A stretch of DNA of 57,336 bases, counting the filler, from Sphacelaria rigidula (taxonomy: Eukaryota): NCBI GenBank assembly GCA_964200075.2. It is 8 parts of 8 records of this genome, joined end to end, with 100 filler letters (N's around TTAATTAATTAA, not from the genome) between each part and the next. Parts side by side here need not be neighbours in the genome. Positions count along the whole stretch, not along the records: positions 21,541 to 28,620 come from CAXNAA020016594.1; positions 28,721 to 35,799 come from CAXNAA020016595.1; positions 35,900 to 42,978 come from CAXNAA020016596.1; 5 more parts are not named here. One strand, 5' to 3'. The notes beneath the pieces are model-generated. The model did not search any database. It was not told the DNA's origin and was given only the letters and a program-made list of their open reading frames with translations. The first letter of the stretch is position 1, and the number at the start of each line of letters is the position of its first letter. Position numbers and translations under genes: made by a program. Shown here one piece after another: positions 23,939 through 35,998 of this stretch.

Positions 23939-24124
23939 TGTAATGCGTGAGAGGACCCCGTGCTTACATCTGAATTTGAACATCCCTATGGTTGGGGTTA
24001 GGGTTAGGGTTAGTGTTGGGGTTGGGGTCAGGGGCGTGGTACCTCCAGAGACTGGCCCGATTGGGTATGAAAAACGTCGATCCTGGGTGTTTTGGAGTAC
24101 GGCGCGGTCCTCTCACGCATTACA
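23939..24124 (+). mobile_element. TGT...ACA MITE with telomere-like interior, TSD GTAG
   Basis: GTAG|TGTAATGCGTGAGAGGACC...GGTCCTCTCACGCATTACA|GTAG; interior GGGGTTAGGGTTAGGGTTAG. Confidence 0.85.
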
Positions 24125-24399
24125 GTAGTCTAGAGTCAGGTTTTGGATTCTTGTTCGACACCCCATCCCGGGGACATCTGATATCTCGTGGGTTCCGCGC
24201 CCCCTCACCCCTCAACCCCCCTCCCCTTCCTCCAAATCCTCCAACAAATTTCAACTCTTTAAAGGTATGGTACCTTGATTCCAAAACAATTTTCAAATTG
24301 CGCCCCCAGCCCCCCCCAGGACCATACTAAACTCAGCATCGTGACCACCATGAACTGCACCGAATGTAAGTAAGTGGTGAGTGATGCCGCGAAAGCCAC

Positions 24400-24570
24400 T
24401 GTGATGCGTGAGAGGACCGCGTGCTTAGAGGACCGCGCCGTAGTTCGAAACACCGCAGGATTGAGTTTTTTTTAAACCAACCGGGCCAGTCCCTGCAGGT
24501 ACCACGCCCGTGACCATAACCCCAACACACACCCTAACCATGCGGATGTTCAAATTCCGAAGTCGCTCTC
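24400..24570 (-). mobile_element. Truncated copy of the TGT...ACA MITE
   Basis: TGTGATGCGTGAGAGGACCGCGTGCTTAGAGGACCGC left end; the other TIR is lost. Confidence 0.75.
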
Positions 24571-24599
24571 CACTGTTGTGGATTGCGTGAGAAACAATC

Positions 24600-24681
24600 T
24601 CAGATCGCTTCCAGATTTGAATCCATGACCCGACCGTCAGGGGGTTTCGAGGTTACCGACTGAGCCACCGGGGCGACCGGC
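24600..24681 (-). mobile_element. tRNA-derived SINE head
   Basis: Homologous to 14361-14446. Confidence 0.7.
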
Positions 24682-25744
24682 AGTGACTCACGTGTAGATC
24701 TCGCCTCCCTAACCCAGTCACTGTCCCGGGGGGCGCTATCCCAGCATTGGTCTGGTTGTCCATAATCAATAGAGTGATCTCATCGTTAACGTCACTCACC
24801 ACATGGACATTTGATGTAGTAAAACCACGCTGGTTGTTGTTGTCCACAACGCCGAAGGAAACTACTTTTAATATAGTGCCAAACTGAACCGATGTGATGA
24901 GGCTTTTCGACTCCCAGGGTGGCTCGTCTGTTAAATCGTCCAACATGGTCGTTGGCTACCACCGCACCCATTCAGCTAGGCGTATATACGTATATAGTGT
25001 ACAAAAAAACCCCATCCGATCCCCTCTGCACTACACTTGCAACATTGGCATGTCAATGTACGGCAGTGCGCGATATTTGTACTTTACGCCACCTTGCGGC
25101 CACGGGAGGTGAGGTCGCGATGCGTGTCTGCTGGGTCGAAGTCCTCCTGATTAGCGATTCCGTGCTCCCCGCCTGCCGGCACGAGGCCGCAGCAGACACG
25201 AGTATTAAAGGCAGACGTTGGGGTTACAGTAGGTCAGCGCATGAGGCCACAAACGTGATACACGGTGGAGACGAGACACTCCTTCACCATGTCGATGTAC
25301 CGTTTTAGCAGCCAGCCTAGAAGCTGGAAACCTCGCACCGAAAATATCTCGACAAGCGCAGCGACACATCACGACGTTTACCTATTCTTGTGATGGGGGG
25401 ATCACCATGCTTGTGCTCCGATAGCTTCCACTGTACTCGAGGATGTTCACACAAAGGATAAAGTCGTGACTGCCCACATCAGAGTGAAGAGAACGTGTGT
25501 TGAATTCCCACCAGATGCGTTTTTCCCTCCAGATGCGTTTTCCCCTTTCGAAATAGAGTATTTCCATCGTCGAACGCGGGAGAATGTGAAGAGAGGTGGA
25601 TTCATCTCTCGAGACCATGGATTCGTCGTAAGGAAGGGGAGGGGTAAATAATGTGTGACGAAAAGAATCGTGTGCCGATGATATATCAGACACGGGATTT
25701 TACGAATCGGGGATGGATCTTCTGTTGAGGATGAATACCCGGGG

Positions 25745-25955
25745 TGTAATGCGTGAGAGGACCACGTGCTTAGAGGACCGCGCCGTAGTTCAAAACACCT
25801 CAGGATCAACGTTTTTCAAAACCAATCGGGTCAGTCCCTGGAGGTACCACGCCCCTGACCTCAACCCCAACACTAACCCTGACCCTAACCCTAACAATAG
25901 GGATGTTCAAATTCCGATGCGGTCCTCTAAGCACGCGGTCCTCTCACGCATTACA
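25745..25955 (-). mobile_element. TGT...ACA MITE, 37-bp TIR, 5-bp TSD CGGGG
   Basis: TIRs differ at one base; flanks CGGGG/CGGGG; inserted into a copy of the 10014-type foldback arm. Confidence 0.9.
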
Positions 25956-26329
25956 CGGGGGATTGAAATCTTCGTATCCATACGAAACCTTCCAAGTATG
26001 CTTTCGTTTCTCCACTAGCGGCTAGCTTTTGACAACTACTACACGCCATACAAGTTTGGATTCCGATACCCGAAATGTCGGGGTCTCAGGTGAAAACCCA
26101 ATTTTGGCGTCCGATCGGACACCTAAAACCGCTCAAATTTGGGGGGTATGCGCGGCCCTCCAAAGGCAAACATGAGCGTCCGGAGGCGTTCAATCCCTCT
26201 GGAGGAAACCGAAGACATCTCCTCCGGAGGGTCGCGCACCCCTCCAGAGGCGTTTAGTTCCTCTGGATGCTCGAAACGTTTACCCACCTCGAGGAATTTT
26301 AGAGGTACCCGAATGGCCGCGTGTGTGAT

Positions 26330-28540
26330 GATTGGTTGCTGCCCGACGTCTTCCGTTGGAGAGTCTGCGCAGTCTCATGCCGCGCGCCATCAGCATCGAC
26401 AGCACAAGGGCAGAGGACGAGGTGATCGGTGTGGTGGCGGCGGCGGATCCTCCGGCGGTGGAGGGTCGCAGTCGAGTTCTCAGCAGCAGCAGCAGCATGG
26501 GTCTGGTTCTGGATCCGGCGCCGGCGTACTGCTGCTCCGCAACGGGCGGTGCAGGTGGGACCGACTTCTACAGTGTCGGCACTGCGCCGGCGCCGGTGGC
26601 GGCGCCGGTGGCAACGCCAGCAGCAGCGCCAGGCACGATGCCTGCTGATGCGCTGGTCGGAGTTTGGCCGACTTCTTGGTCTGCTTGCTGGTGATCGTAC
26701 CCGCCGGCGGTGCTGTTTGAACCTGCCGGGGCGTCTTCGCCTGCGCAGCTTGCGCAGCCGTAGTGTCACTCGGGAATAGCGGCGCGTCGGTCGGCGGATG
26801 AAGCACCAGTGGAGTTTGCGGATGTGTACGTTCCTGCGGAGCCTGTCTTCCAAATCAACGGGAGCGTGGAGCCATTGCAGTTCGGGCTATGTTGGATTCT
26901 GGCGCCCGCTTCACGAGTCATCTAAGTCTGTCGGTGCAGATTGTAGAGATGTTGGAGCGTCTTCTCCCGGGTGTGCCGCTGCGCATTCTGTTTTCGCTCG
27001 GGGCACGGCAGACTGTCACCGCGTTGGGTCGGCATGCGTCCGTCACGGAGCGTACTGTTTCGTTGCAATTGAATTCCACGACTTCCTGAGGGTCGGCGCC
27101 GTTACCTCCGATCTCGTTTGCGATCATGCGGGGGTCGGATGGCCTTATTTTTCCGGGGTTGCGGACGCTTCAGAATCTTGGAGTCGATCCGTGCGAGCGG
27201 TTGTGGGACTCCATGAAGACGCGGATGTCTCCGCCTGGTCCGCGCGTGGAGACGCCCGCCTTTTTGGGCAGTCGTCGCTTGAGTTTGTCGATGGATGCTT
27301 TTCAGGAGGCTGGGGGGCAGGTGACCGACGAGCGGGATGAAGCGGTGGAACGCTTAGTGGAGCAAAGCCCGGAGATGTCCATGGATCAGGCGGAAGAGGA
27401 GTCCGCTTGGAGGGTCGCGCTGGAAGAGAACGTGACGGATGCTGTGGCGAAAGGCCTCAGCTTGTCAAAAGCGAAGCGCCTGCGCGGCATCTTGCATCGT
27501 CGCGTCAATGCGTTTCGTCGTGCGCTGCGGGGCGATCACCCTGCGTGCGTGGAGCCCATGTGTGTTCAGCTAAAACCTGGGGCGTCCGCGGTGAAGACGA
27601 ATCCGCGGCGGTACGAGCCGGTGAAGTCGAGTTCGTTGGCATCGTGCATGGCGGCTCTTTTGGCGGTCGGGTTGGTGTTTAGGAATTTGCAGGCGGTGTG
27701 ACCCAGTCCGGCTATGGCGATCCCGAAGAAAGACTCGTTTTGCCTGGTAAACGACAACAAGGCAATGAATGAGCAGGTCGAGAAGCCGCCGGGTGTGATG
27801 CCCAACCAAGAGTCGGACACGCGTGACCTGATGAGTGCTCGTTTTTTTGGCAATTTGGACCTCCTCAAAGGTTACTGACAGATGCCGTTGGTGGAGGAAG
27901 CGCAGGAGATTTTCACAATCACGACTCCGTTTGGCTTGTTTAACCCGAAGCGAGCGCCGCAAGACGTGCTGAATGCCACGGCATATTTTCAAGGCATCAT
28001 GACAGGACGTCTCGTCGGTATAAAATGCAAGATTTGGGTGGATGATGTGCTTGTTTTCGCGGACACGGAAGACGATTTTGGAGACACGCTTGATGCTATC
28101 GTGGCTCGTTTAGAGAGTGTTGGTTTGTTTGCAGCTGCGCACAAGTGTACACCCTTCGCTAGTGAACTCGTGTGGTGTGGGAAAGTGTACTCACACGGAC
28201 GTATCTCATGACTCTGTCAGATTGGGAGGCTTGTGTAACATGGGGCGCCCGGAGACAACCGCAGAACACATGCAATTCTTGCTGGCCGTGAATTGGCTGA
28301 GTACCTCGATACCGCGTATGGCAGAAAACATAGCCCACTTGCGTTTTCCCCTCGAAGAACTCATGGCGGGTGCTGCGAGGCGGACGAAGCGTGTGGCAAA
28401 AAACCGCGCTTTTCCGCCTGTATCGTGGACGGAGGGCAGGCTGCAGGCGTGGGCGGCAGCGTAGGATTTGCTGGCTCACGCCGTGACGCTGTTCCATATT
28501 GTCCTGATTGTCAGGTGTTGATGTTTCCGGATGCATCTGA
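26330..28540 (+). mobile_element. Degraded Ty3/Gypsy pro-RT-RH remnant (same family as 43785-48783)
   Basis: MLDSGARFT (protease), LDLLKGY*QMPL, PQDVLNATAYFQ, WVDDV, LMFPDAS; many stops and frameshifts. Confidence 0.92.
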
Positions 28541-28620
28541 GGAGTCATCCTACGATAGGGGGGGGGGGGATTGGGTTGGACGAAAAACCAGGCTCATACG
28601 GGTGCCAGACATCCTTCCCC

Positions 28621-28720
28621 NNNNNNNNNNNNNNNNNNNNNNNNNNNNNNNNNNNNNNNNNNNNTTAATTAATTAANNNNNNNNNNNNNNNNNNNNNNNN
28701 NNNNNNNNNNNNNNNNNNNN
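28621..28720. other. Artificial contig spacer
   Basis: Same N44-TTAATTAATTAA-N44 structure. Confidence 0.97.
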
Positions 28721-28755
28721 TGATCAAACGACCAAGGCAAGCAACAAATGAGTAC
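28721..28755 (+). mobile_element. LINE 3' end (ATGAGTAC family) at contig start
   Basis: CAAACGACCAAGGCAAGCAACAAATGAGTAC followed by a long C run. Confidence 0.88.
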
Positions 28756-28864
28756 CCCCCCCCCCCCCCCCCCTCCTCTACCGTAGGGTGACTCTGTAAT
28801 AGATCCATACCTGATCCAGTACAGTTTTGGTCTGTTGCATCGATTGACCATATATTGTTTAGGG

Positions 28865-29800
28865 TGTGCACACTTGTAATCCCTCTCCATCTTTGGGACA
28901 TGTCCGTGGCCTCAAGGGATGAACCCATCTCTTGTTCGGCAAACGCATTGCAATTTGGCATCGCGGATTGGACTCTTTATGCTACGGCCGTTCTCACGTT
29001 TTCAACGAAGGAGATCAGATATTGTTTACAGAGAAAAACAAATGCGTCTGCCGGGATTTATTTAAGCCACATATTTCCGACCTCACGGTTGCAGTTGTAC
29101 CATTTGAGAACCGGGGCGTAGCGGCCGATAGTAGGCTGGCAAATCACAGCAGTGTCTATAGAGGATCCGGCACCCGTTTCACATCGATATTATTAGAGGG
29201 GAGCATACCATCCAGCATACAAGCGCGTACGTATTAGCATCTTTATTCTCGGCTGATTTCAACTTTGTGCGCAGGACAATGTTGGGTAGCTTACAGCTGG
29301 TCTTCATTTCGTGCTTGGGGATGACAGCTGCACGCTCTCGTCCTCAGACCCGAGCATTCACCCCCGAGCGAATTCGCCCTGGATTAGGTGGATAATACGA
29401 TCACTCGGTATGGATTGGTTACGGAGGCCCTCACCAACTACCAGGTAGACGCTCAGCCCTCAGTACTTCATTTGCTCTTTTATCGACTCTCTTTCAGCCC
29501 GCAACGCCTCATTTTCCTTTTCCCAAGGAAGCCCCCAGCCCTGAGAATCGCTCCAGCTGATCCCTTAACGTCAACGGCTGCAGGTGGAGTACACCCCTTC
29601 CAGATACACAAGTTCCCCTCGATTTCGTAAGGAACAAGAATATTTGTGATGATAACGATCCACTAACCCGCTCGAGCGTAAACCAGTTCATTTATACGAT
29701 GCATTTCCACGCATGGACGGTTGCTCCTGCTACACATATCCAACATTGTTCGTGGTCGAAAGGCGTAGCGCCGTAGGCGCCCATGGTCCAGTAGTCCGTG
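28865..29800 (-). mobile_element. Possible degraded LINE 3' portion sharing its tail with the SINE at 20935/49322
   Basis: Minus-strand tail ATCCCTTGAGGCCACGGACATGTCCC resembles the SINE tail; ELVYLEG peptide near 29600 resembles RT FxYLG. Confidence 0.35.
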
Positions 29801-30576
29801 CTTCTTTTCCTTTTCAGTCGCAACGAAAGTTTCGGAATAATCGTTTTGGTATAGAGAGAACGCCTACATACAAATATCTTCGCCCCGCATATGCCACGCG
29901 GCATCGATACCCCTTTAGATTACCAACGGCAGACAGCCGATCTAGATTTTTACAAATCTGGGGGCGTGAGCGTTTCTGAAGGCGATGTTAGCCCGCGAGT
30001 TCACTATTAGGATCTCAGCCCTCCGGGTATTATTTCTTGACTACCTAGCAGTCAGAATTTCAGAACGATCCTTCGGTTCTGTGAGTGTTGGCATTTGTTA
30101 TGTAACGTTATAGCTCGAATTAAGACAAATAAGTATGTCTGAACAAAAAGCAGATTTGGAACTCGAATCTGTCCCCTCGCGCACACATACGCAGTCTCGT
30201 TTCGATTTCAAAAGGATTGAGGTGAGGCTTCAGAACGCCATCGCCCCGAGAATCGGAGGATTGATTCGACTTCCTCAGAGCTAGCTAGTCGAGAACCTGG
30301 CCTTTAAGAGTGGGGTCCGGGAGCTCATTCCGCACGCTATGTCGGAATCGCTGAAATCTCCAGAGTTATATGAAATTAATATTTTTTGCCATAAAAGATG
30401 GCACGTGCCGCCGCCAGCCGCATTGCCTCGTCATGAGGACACCAATATGTTCGAGACTACAGAGCAGTGGCCGTGAGTTGGAATCGCTGATAGAAGTCCA
30501 TGTACATGGTCAATACACACAGCTATCGTTGAACAGCTGAACGGTGCGGCGTGTTCGGTGGGGGTTGGTGGTGGTG

Positions 30577-30611
<35 letters not shown>
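30577..30611. repeat. (CAT)n microsatellite
   Basis: Seen directly. Confidence 0.95.
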
Positions 30612-31163
30612 GGCACCGCGTCCGGGTGTGGTGAAGGGGGTGCTGTGATACTGTGCCTGAAGAGCGTTCGCAAATCGCCCAACCCCCAACCCCCCCAGCC
30701 CAGAGGATGAGCACAACATGGCGAACACACAAGCAACGCGAAAGGAACCGCCGCGGTCAGCGTTTTCCCCTCGCTTACCCCCTCAACCCAAAGTGGAAGC
30801 TCTTGGTGCTGAGTGTTGGTGAAGGGACGGTGATTTCGGTCGGCTTTGCCGTCATGAATACGCAGGTGAACAAATGCCTCACAGTCCCACCTGATCAACC
30901 ATGTTAGATTGGTGCAATCCTTCTGATTGGAATGGAAAACTCAGGAATCCGTTTTGGCACTCACCCGGTCTATTTGCGGCCATCTACGTTTACACTAGGG
31001 TCATGTTCCAAAATCGGTGGAACTATCAGAGATGAGATTATTATTGGGTATGCCGGCCGCCGGCGCCACAAGGAGTGAAACGCAAGGAACCGAAGTTCCT
31101 CTCAACTCTGTGTGCACCATAGAGGTAAGACTATATCATGAACACCCCAGAAACAGGTGTTGT

Positions 31164-31654
31164 GTAATATAGGCCAGTGGACAGCATGCGTGGCTGATCT
31201 AACCCGGGACGGTGTGTGTGTGTAGGTCCTACCCTTATCCCAAGCCCTGCCCTGGAGAACTTACCCAGTCCAACTCCACGTCGCGTCCCTACACACGCCG
31301 TACCCTTACACCGAGGGAGGAGCTACAACCTACATCGACGTGTCCGAGTGGTCGACGATATGGATTGGAAACCCGTTGTGATTTCACGCGTAAGTTCGTG
31401 TCCTACCGTCGACGCCAGTGTAAGACAGGCCTGTGGACGGCAGACGTGGCTCATCTGATCCGGGGCAGTGCGTATGTGTAGGCCCCACCCTTGTCCCAAG
31501 CCGAGCTTTCCAGAGCATACCAAGTCAACGTCCACGTCGTGTCTCCACACTCGCCGTACCCTTACACCGAGTGAGTACCTATTACCTCCACACACTCATT
31601 CACACCGTCCTGGGTTAGACAAGCCACGCCTGCCGCCTGCAGGCCTGTCTTACG
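31164..31654. mobile_element. Two adjacent MITE copies; the second has TIR TGTAAGACAGGCCTG...CAGGCCTGTCTTAC(G)
   Basis: 31164-31335 and 31419-31654 are homologous direct copies; TIRs are visible in the second. Confidence 0.8.
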
Positions 31655-33193
31655 GTTGTTTTTTCGGCCAAGAATACCTTCGCCCATGAATATCGGAATC
31701 CCCGCAACTAGCGCGGTATTTACCCGAACTCTGAAGGATGTGAGCGATCACCGTCCTCTTAATGATCCGCATTCCCGACATATACGTACCAAAACCTCCG
31801 GAAATCTTTGTCCAGATTGATATTCACGATAGCTAGGCAAAGATCATCCTTTGAGCACGCTCAAGTTTCGCGATAAAGTCTCCGATTCTTTGATGAGGTG
31901 ATTCTCATGGGCCGCAAAATAAAGACGTGGACTTTCCACGAGAGAGAGAGAGGCCAATGGTGGGCCCTCAGGGGCCCACCATACGATTAGGGCACGCACA
32001 GTAGTAGCATCCAGCCATGGGTGCCTGGAGTTAGGTGGATGGCATCCTTTGAGCGTTCGCATCGGCGCTATTTTGTTCCACTGTACGCTTGAAATTATTG
32101 ACCGTAAACTACTTCGGATATCGCGGTTGACCTTCAATCAGGCCTATCTTTCGCGAGACTCAAAGGGTTAGTCAGGCCCTGAGCAGCATATCTGAAGCTG
32201 TCGGTTCCGAGGAGTTTCACTCCAACCTGTTTGCCGACCGCAGATCACCATATCCTTTTGTGTGCTTCCTCTGGCTCGTCGTGTCTGAGGTTCAGCTGAG
32301 GCCAGCTGAGGCGCAAGAGTGTTGGCTCGATTTCCCAGTAGATGCATGAGGGTTTTTTCTCCCAGAAGTATCTGGTGTAAATTGTTGAGTGTGAGAAGAC
32401 GTGAGTAGCTAAGAAGAGGAGGTTGTTTGAGAAAAGTCGACCCAGTGCGGAATTGATGATCCAATCCGCGGTACTGTACTACAAAGTGGGGAATATACCG
32501 GGGCAGATAGCGGCTGTGTTGGTGTCTTGAGACGCCGGGCTCGTTTCGAGGGAGAGGAGGGGTTGAACGCACAACCATAGCATGGGACTTGTATGCATAG
32601 CAAAAACATAAATATCCTGTGAATACTTCGAGCATGACGTTGTAGGAGTCGTCGTCATTCAGTGCGTGAACCTGCCGAACGGATATTGCTCATGAGATAT
32701 GCAAGAGGGCGAACACGACCTTCATCATCCCAGAACCTATTTTACTGCACCAACAAACTACCTCGTCCGAGTTTCCGATACTCGCCGGGACACCCGATCG
32801 ACCTCCCAACACAAAGCAATGCTCGATACTGAGTATTCGGGTAGGATGTACAGAACACGATGAGGCGCAGTCTACAACCAAAACAGACAACGCTTGCAGA
32901 TACCGTAGTTTGGCGACTGTTGGTATCCTCAAATGTACTTGACTTGAAGATTTGGGACCGGGGAATGAGCATCTGCATGTGTCCTTCCTACAAAATACGT
33001 ACAGCTTTTAGCCAACTAATAATTCCCAATCCCACCTAGAACAAACTACCAACAACGACCAACCATCTCAACCGCCATCAACAGCAACAACTACAACAGC
33101 AACAACGGCCAACAACCACAACAAATATGGAAGAACGTCCATGCTTATAGCGAAATAGTGCGACAGTAATCTTGTGGTCCACTGCATATTCAC

Positions 33194-33322
33194 CTCGTTC
33201 TCACAAAAGTGGGCGACGGTCAGGGTGACGTCCGCCGCGTGCACCGAGGTGTGGTAAGGATTTGGATTATCCGGGTCGAAGCAGTTGTTGTGCTCAACGT
33301 GCATCAAGAAATGCGACAATTT
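33194..33322 (-). CDS. Internal exon of a class I 3',5'-cyclic nucleotide phosphodiesterase (PDEase_I)
   Basis: CAG acceptor (33323-33325) and GAG|GTGAAT donor; 129 nt, phase 0-0; encodes NPYHTSVHAADV, matching the PDEase_I NPYHNxxHAADV signature. Confidence 0.88.
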
Positions 33323-34161
33323 CTGTTTCAAGTCCGAATAGACACATCGATCAGCAGAAGGGCATGGCGAGCGGGCGTAGGAGCGGGGGGAGCTTGGTCG
33401 GGATTAATTATCGCTATGTCGTTAGAGACTCAGATGAACACAGCCTTCTCGGGCTCGCAAATCATAGCGAGAGCTCTTGCAGCGTTCACCAGAGTGGTGA
33501 TCTTTAACACAGAGAGGTGGGTATCTTTTGGATCTGGCTTATGGAGTACATGAGGATAGCGTTCAGGATTTAACAATCCCTACAAACGACGAACTCCGAA
33601 CGAGTCTTGAGCAATGGTGTATATGCTCAGGTACCCTGAAGGGTACATTTGCGAAGACAAGTACCCATACGAAATATGAAGCCCCGGGAAATGTTTTGCG
33701 ATTCGTGTGTTACACATGCGCAGTGATCCAAAAACAAAACAGAGTTTTGGGTTGATGAATGACAAGAACAAGATGTAATCCACGAGGGGGGTGGGAGAGC
33801 AAAGTCGGGAGGTAGTCATATGCACGTACCGTAGCGGACGTTCTAAAGGCTGGGGGGGGGCACAATCGTCATGTTCCACTGATTGATGGTTGCAGACTAA
33901 ACTAACTGTACTGTGGATGTCACAGCTGACGAAGTTTGGAGCACAAGCTCTTGATAGGACACAAAACGTGAGCTACGAGCGGGTATGTACCAGCAGCGGC
34001 GGTGTACCAGGAGGCAAGATATGTACGGCGTATACATCCCCTGGGTGATTGTGTTTTGGGAAGCGAAAGCTTACACTCGGGGTATGGAATTGAGGGGGGG
34101 GGGGGGGGGGGNNNNNNNNNNTTCGTTTGTGGGGTGGGTGTGGATGGGTGGAGCTGAGAGT

Positions 34162-34197
<36 letters not shown>

Positions 34198-34487
34198 ACG
34201 TGCGGAGCAGAGTACCTCACCCTCCTCCAGGGTAACGCCCCCGAGTGTGAAGTCTTCTGCAATGCTTGGCACCAGGTTGGTGTCTGCAGTAAGTACCCTA
34301 CAGGGGTACATGGCACACCTACTATATTACGCCGACCCCAAATACCACCCCCGAGCGAGGATTTTTTGGATCCGAAGACTTGTCACCCGACGGTCTCATA
34401 CGCGGTACACAACGTTGTTGAGATGATACCGGAATCAGTCGAACTCGTATCTCCAGGGGGTACCAATGGAGGGGGAGGGGGGGGGGA

Positions 34488-34900
34488 GTACTCATGACCT
34501 TGCATGCCATTGTCATGAGACCATTAACCTTGTGTCCCTACAAAGCCGGGACGGAGCACGTTGGGTTTTCGCCTGACCTGCTCGCAATCACCAAGCGCGA
34601 ATCGCCGTGATGTATTCGGCGAGTCGCATGAAAGGGTAAGCTGCATCCTGCTGAGCTTGTTCGGCCCGAGCACAAACTGATCAACTTGCTACTGAATGAC
34701 AGCCTACAATGAGTTGTTGATTTATCTTGTGGTCTCACCACTCCCAGGGACAGTCACGGGTTACCCACTGCTTTATGTGGATGGCTCACCGTGTGAACAC
34801 AACGTGATACGATCATGCTCTTTGCGCGGAGTGGAGGTTCTTCACCCCGTACAAAGCGATCTAGCTCGACCACAATCATGGTTGCTTAGAAAACGCGAGC
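34488..34900 (-). mobile_element. Non-autonomous retroposon family B, longest copy
   Basis: Body matches 56600-56780; tail matches 21337 and 50258; G-tract adjacent to its 3' end; 5' boundary approximate. Confidence 0.7.
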
Positions 34901-35004
34901 GAAACAAAAAGTGGTAACCTGGTTTCCTGACTTACATAGTGAGTGGCACGTCTTCACTGCATCGTTGCCAACCGATGCCCACGCTTAAACCGGGGTGGGG
35001 GGGC

Positions 35005-35700
35005 GTTCTCATCTGTTGTTTGCCCAAGTCTTTTGACCATTGACCACGCATCCTTTTCAAGACGGAGCACCGTCCCTACTCCTGATAGATACACCTCCAA
35101 CATTTGGGCGCTCACCACGTTTCTTTCATACATCACACAAACAGGGTTTACATATCTTGTCCCCTTCCTGTTTTGCCGTCTCTGGCCACCATCTATCTCC
35201 TGGTATAGCCATCGTTTTCTCGCTACAATCAAATACATCAAAACTTTTCATGCCACCTTTGTTTTCACCCCACATTCCTTCCCCAAAAACGTAACGTTCC
35301 TCCTTGTATAGATCATACTCCGCCACCATATGAGTTCTACCTTCTACTGCTTTACCACAGGGGCAATTCTGTGCATCCAATCCCTCCTCCTCTCGACTAC
35401 TGGTTTATCCCTCTCTTCTTTCTGGCAGGTCCAGGTCTCCCACCCGATGACACAGTTTCCTTTTTTTTGCGAAGTCCATCGGGTCATCCAGACATGGTTT
35501 CATTCCTATCGCCTCTCTCGACTCCCCGCATATCTTCAGGTGCTCTACCTCGTCTACTCTGCGTCTGAGCGGTCATTTCCCCCTTATTTCTATCATGTCT
35601 CTTACGGTCGTCTTGCACCTGCCACATTCACCTGTAGACATCATCTTGTCTTGGTTTCGTCATACGTCCTTCCACACTTCTCGATTACGCTACCCCACGT
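35005..35700 (-). mobile_element. 5'-truncated LINE (ATGAGTAC family)
   Basis: CPCGKAVEGRTHMVAE zinc-knuckle region and GDRWWPETAKQEGDKICK, homologous to 53524-54036. Confidence 0.9.
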
Positions 35701-35749
35701 TAGCCAGGGGGAGAGGGCGTTAGCCAGGGGGGAGGGGGGGGGGGCAGGC

Positions 35750-35799
35750 GTACTCATCTGTTGCTTGCCTTCGTCGTTTGACCCTTGACCACCCATCCC
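35750..35799 (-). mobile_element. LINE 3' end at contig end
   Basis: GTACTCATCTGTTGCTTGCC preceded by a G-tract. Confidence 0.85.
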
Positions 35800-35899
35800 N
35801 NNNNNNNNNNNNNNNNNNNNNNNNNNNNNNNNNNNNNNNNNNNTTAATTAATTAANNNNNNNNNNNNNNNNNNNNNNNNNNNNNNNNNNNNNNNNNNNN
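35800..35899. other. Artificial contig spacer
   Basis: Same N44-TTAATTAATTAA-N44 structure. Confidence 0.97.
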
Positions 35900-35998
35900 G
35901 TTGATATCCTACTCAGGGGTATCGAGGGCCTCAGTGGCAAGCTACTACAGGGAGAATATTGGACCTGGTGGAGGTGCATTTCGGAAGTGAAACGGCTT

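Noticed and set aside
23992-24035. True telomere or chromosome fusion site
   Set aside because: Short degenerate hexamers enclosed by MITE TIRs in multiple copies
32200-32660. Degraded LINE RT on the minus strand
   Set aside because: Only vague resemblance (LDHQFRTGST); too weak to call without a search
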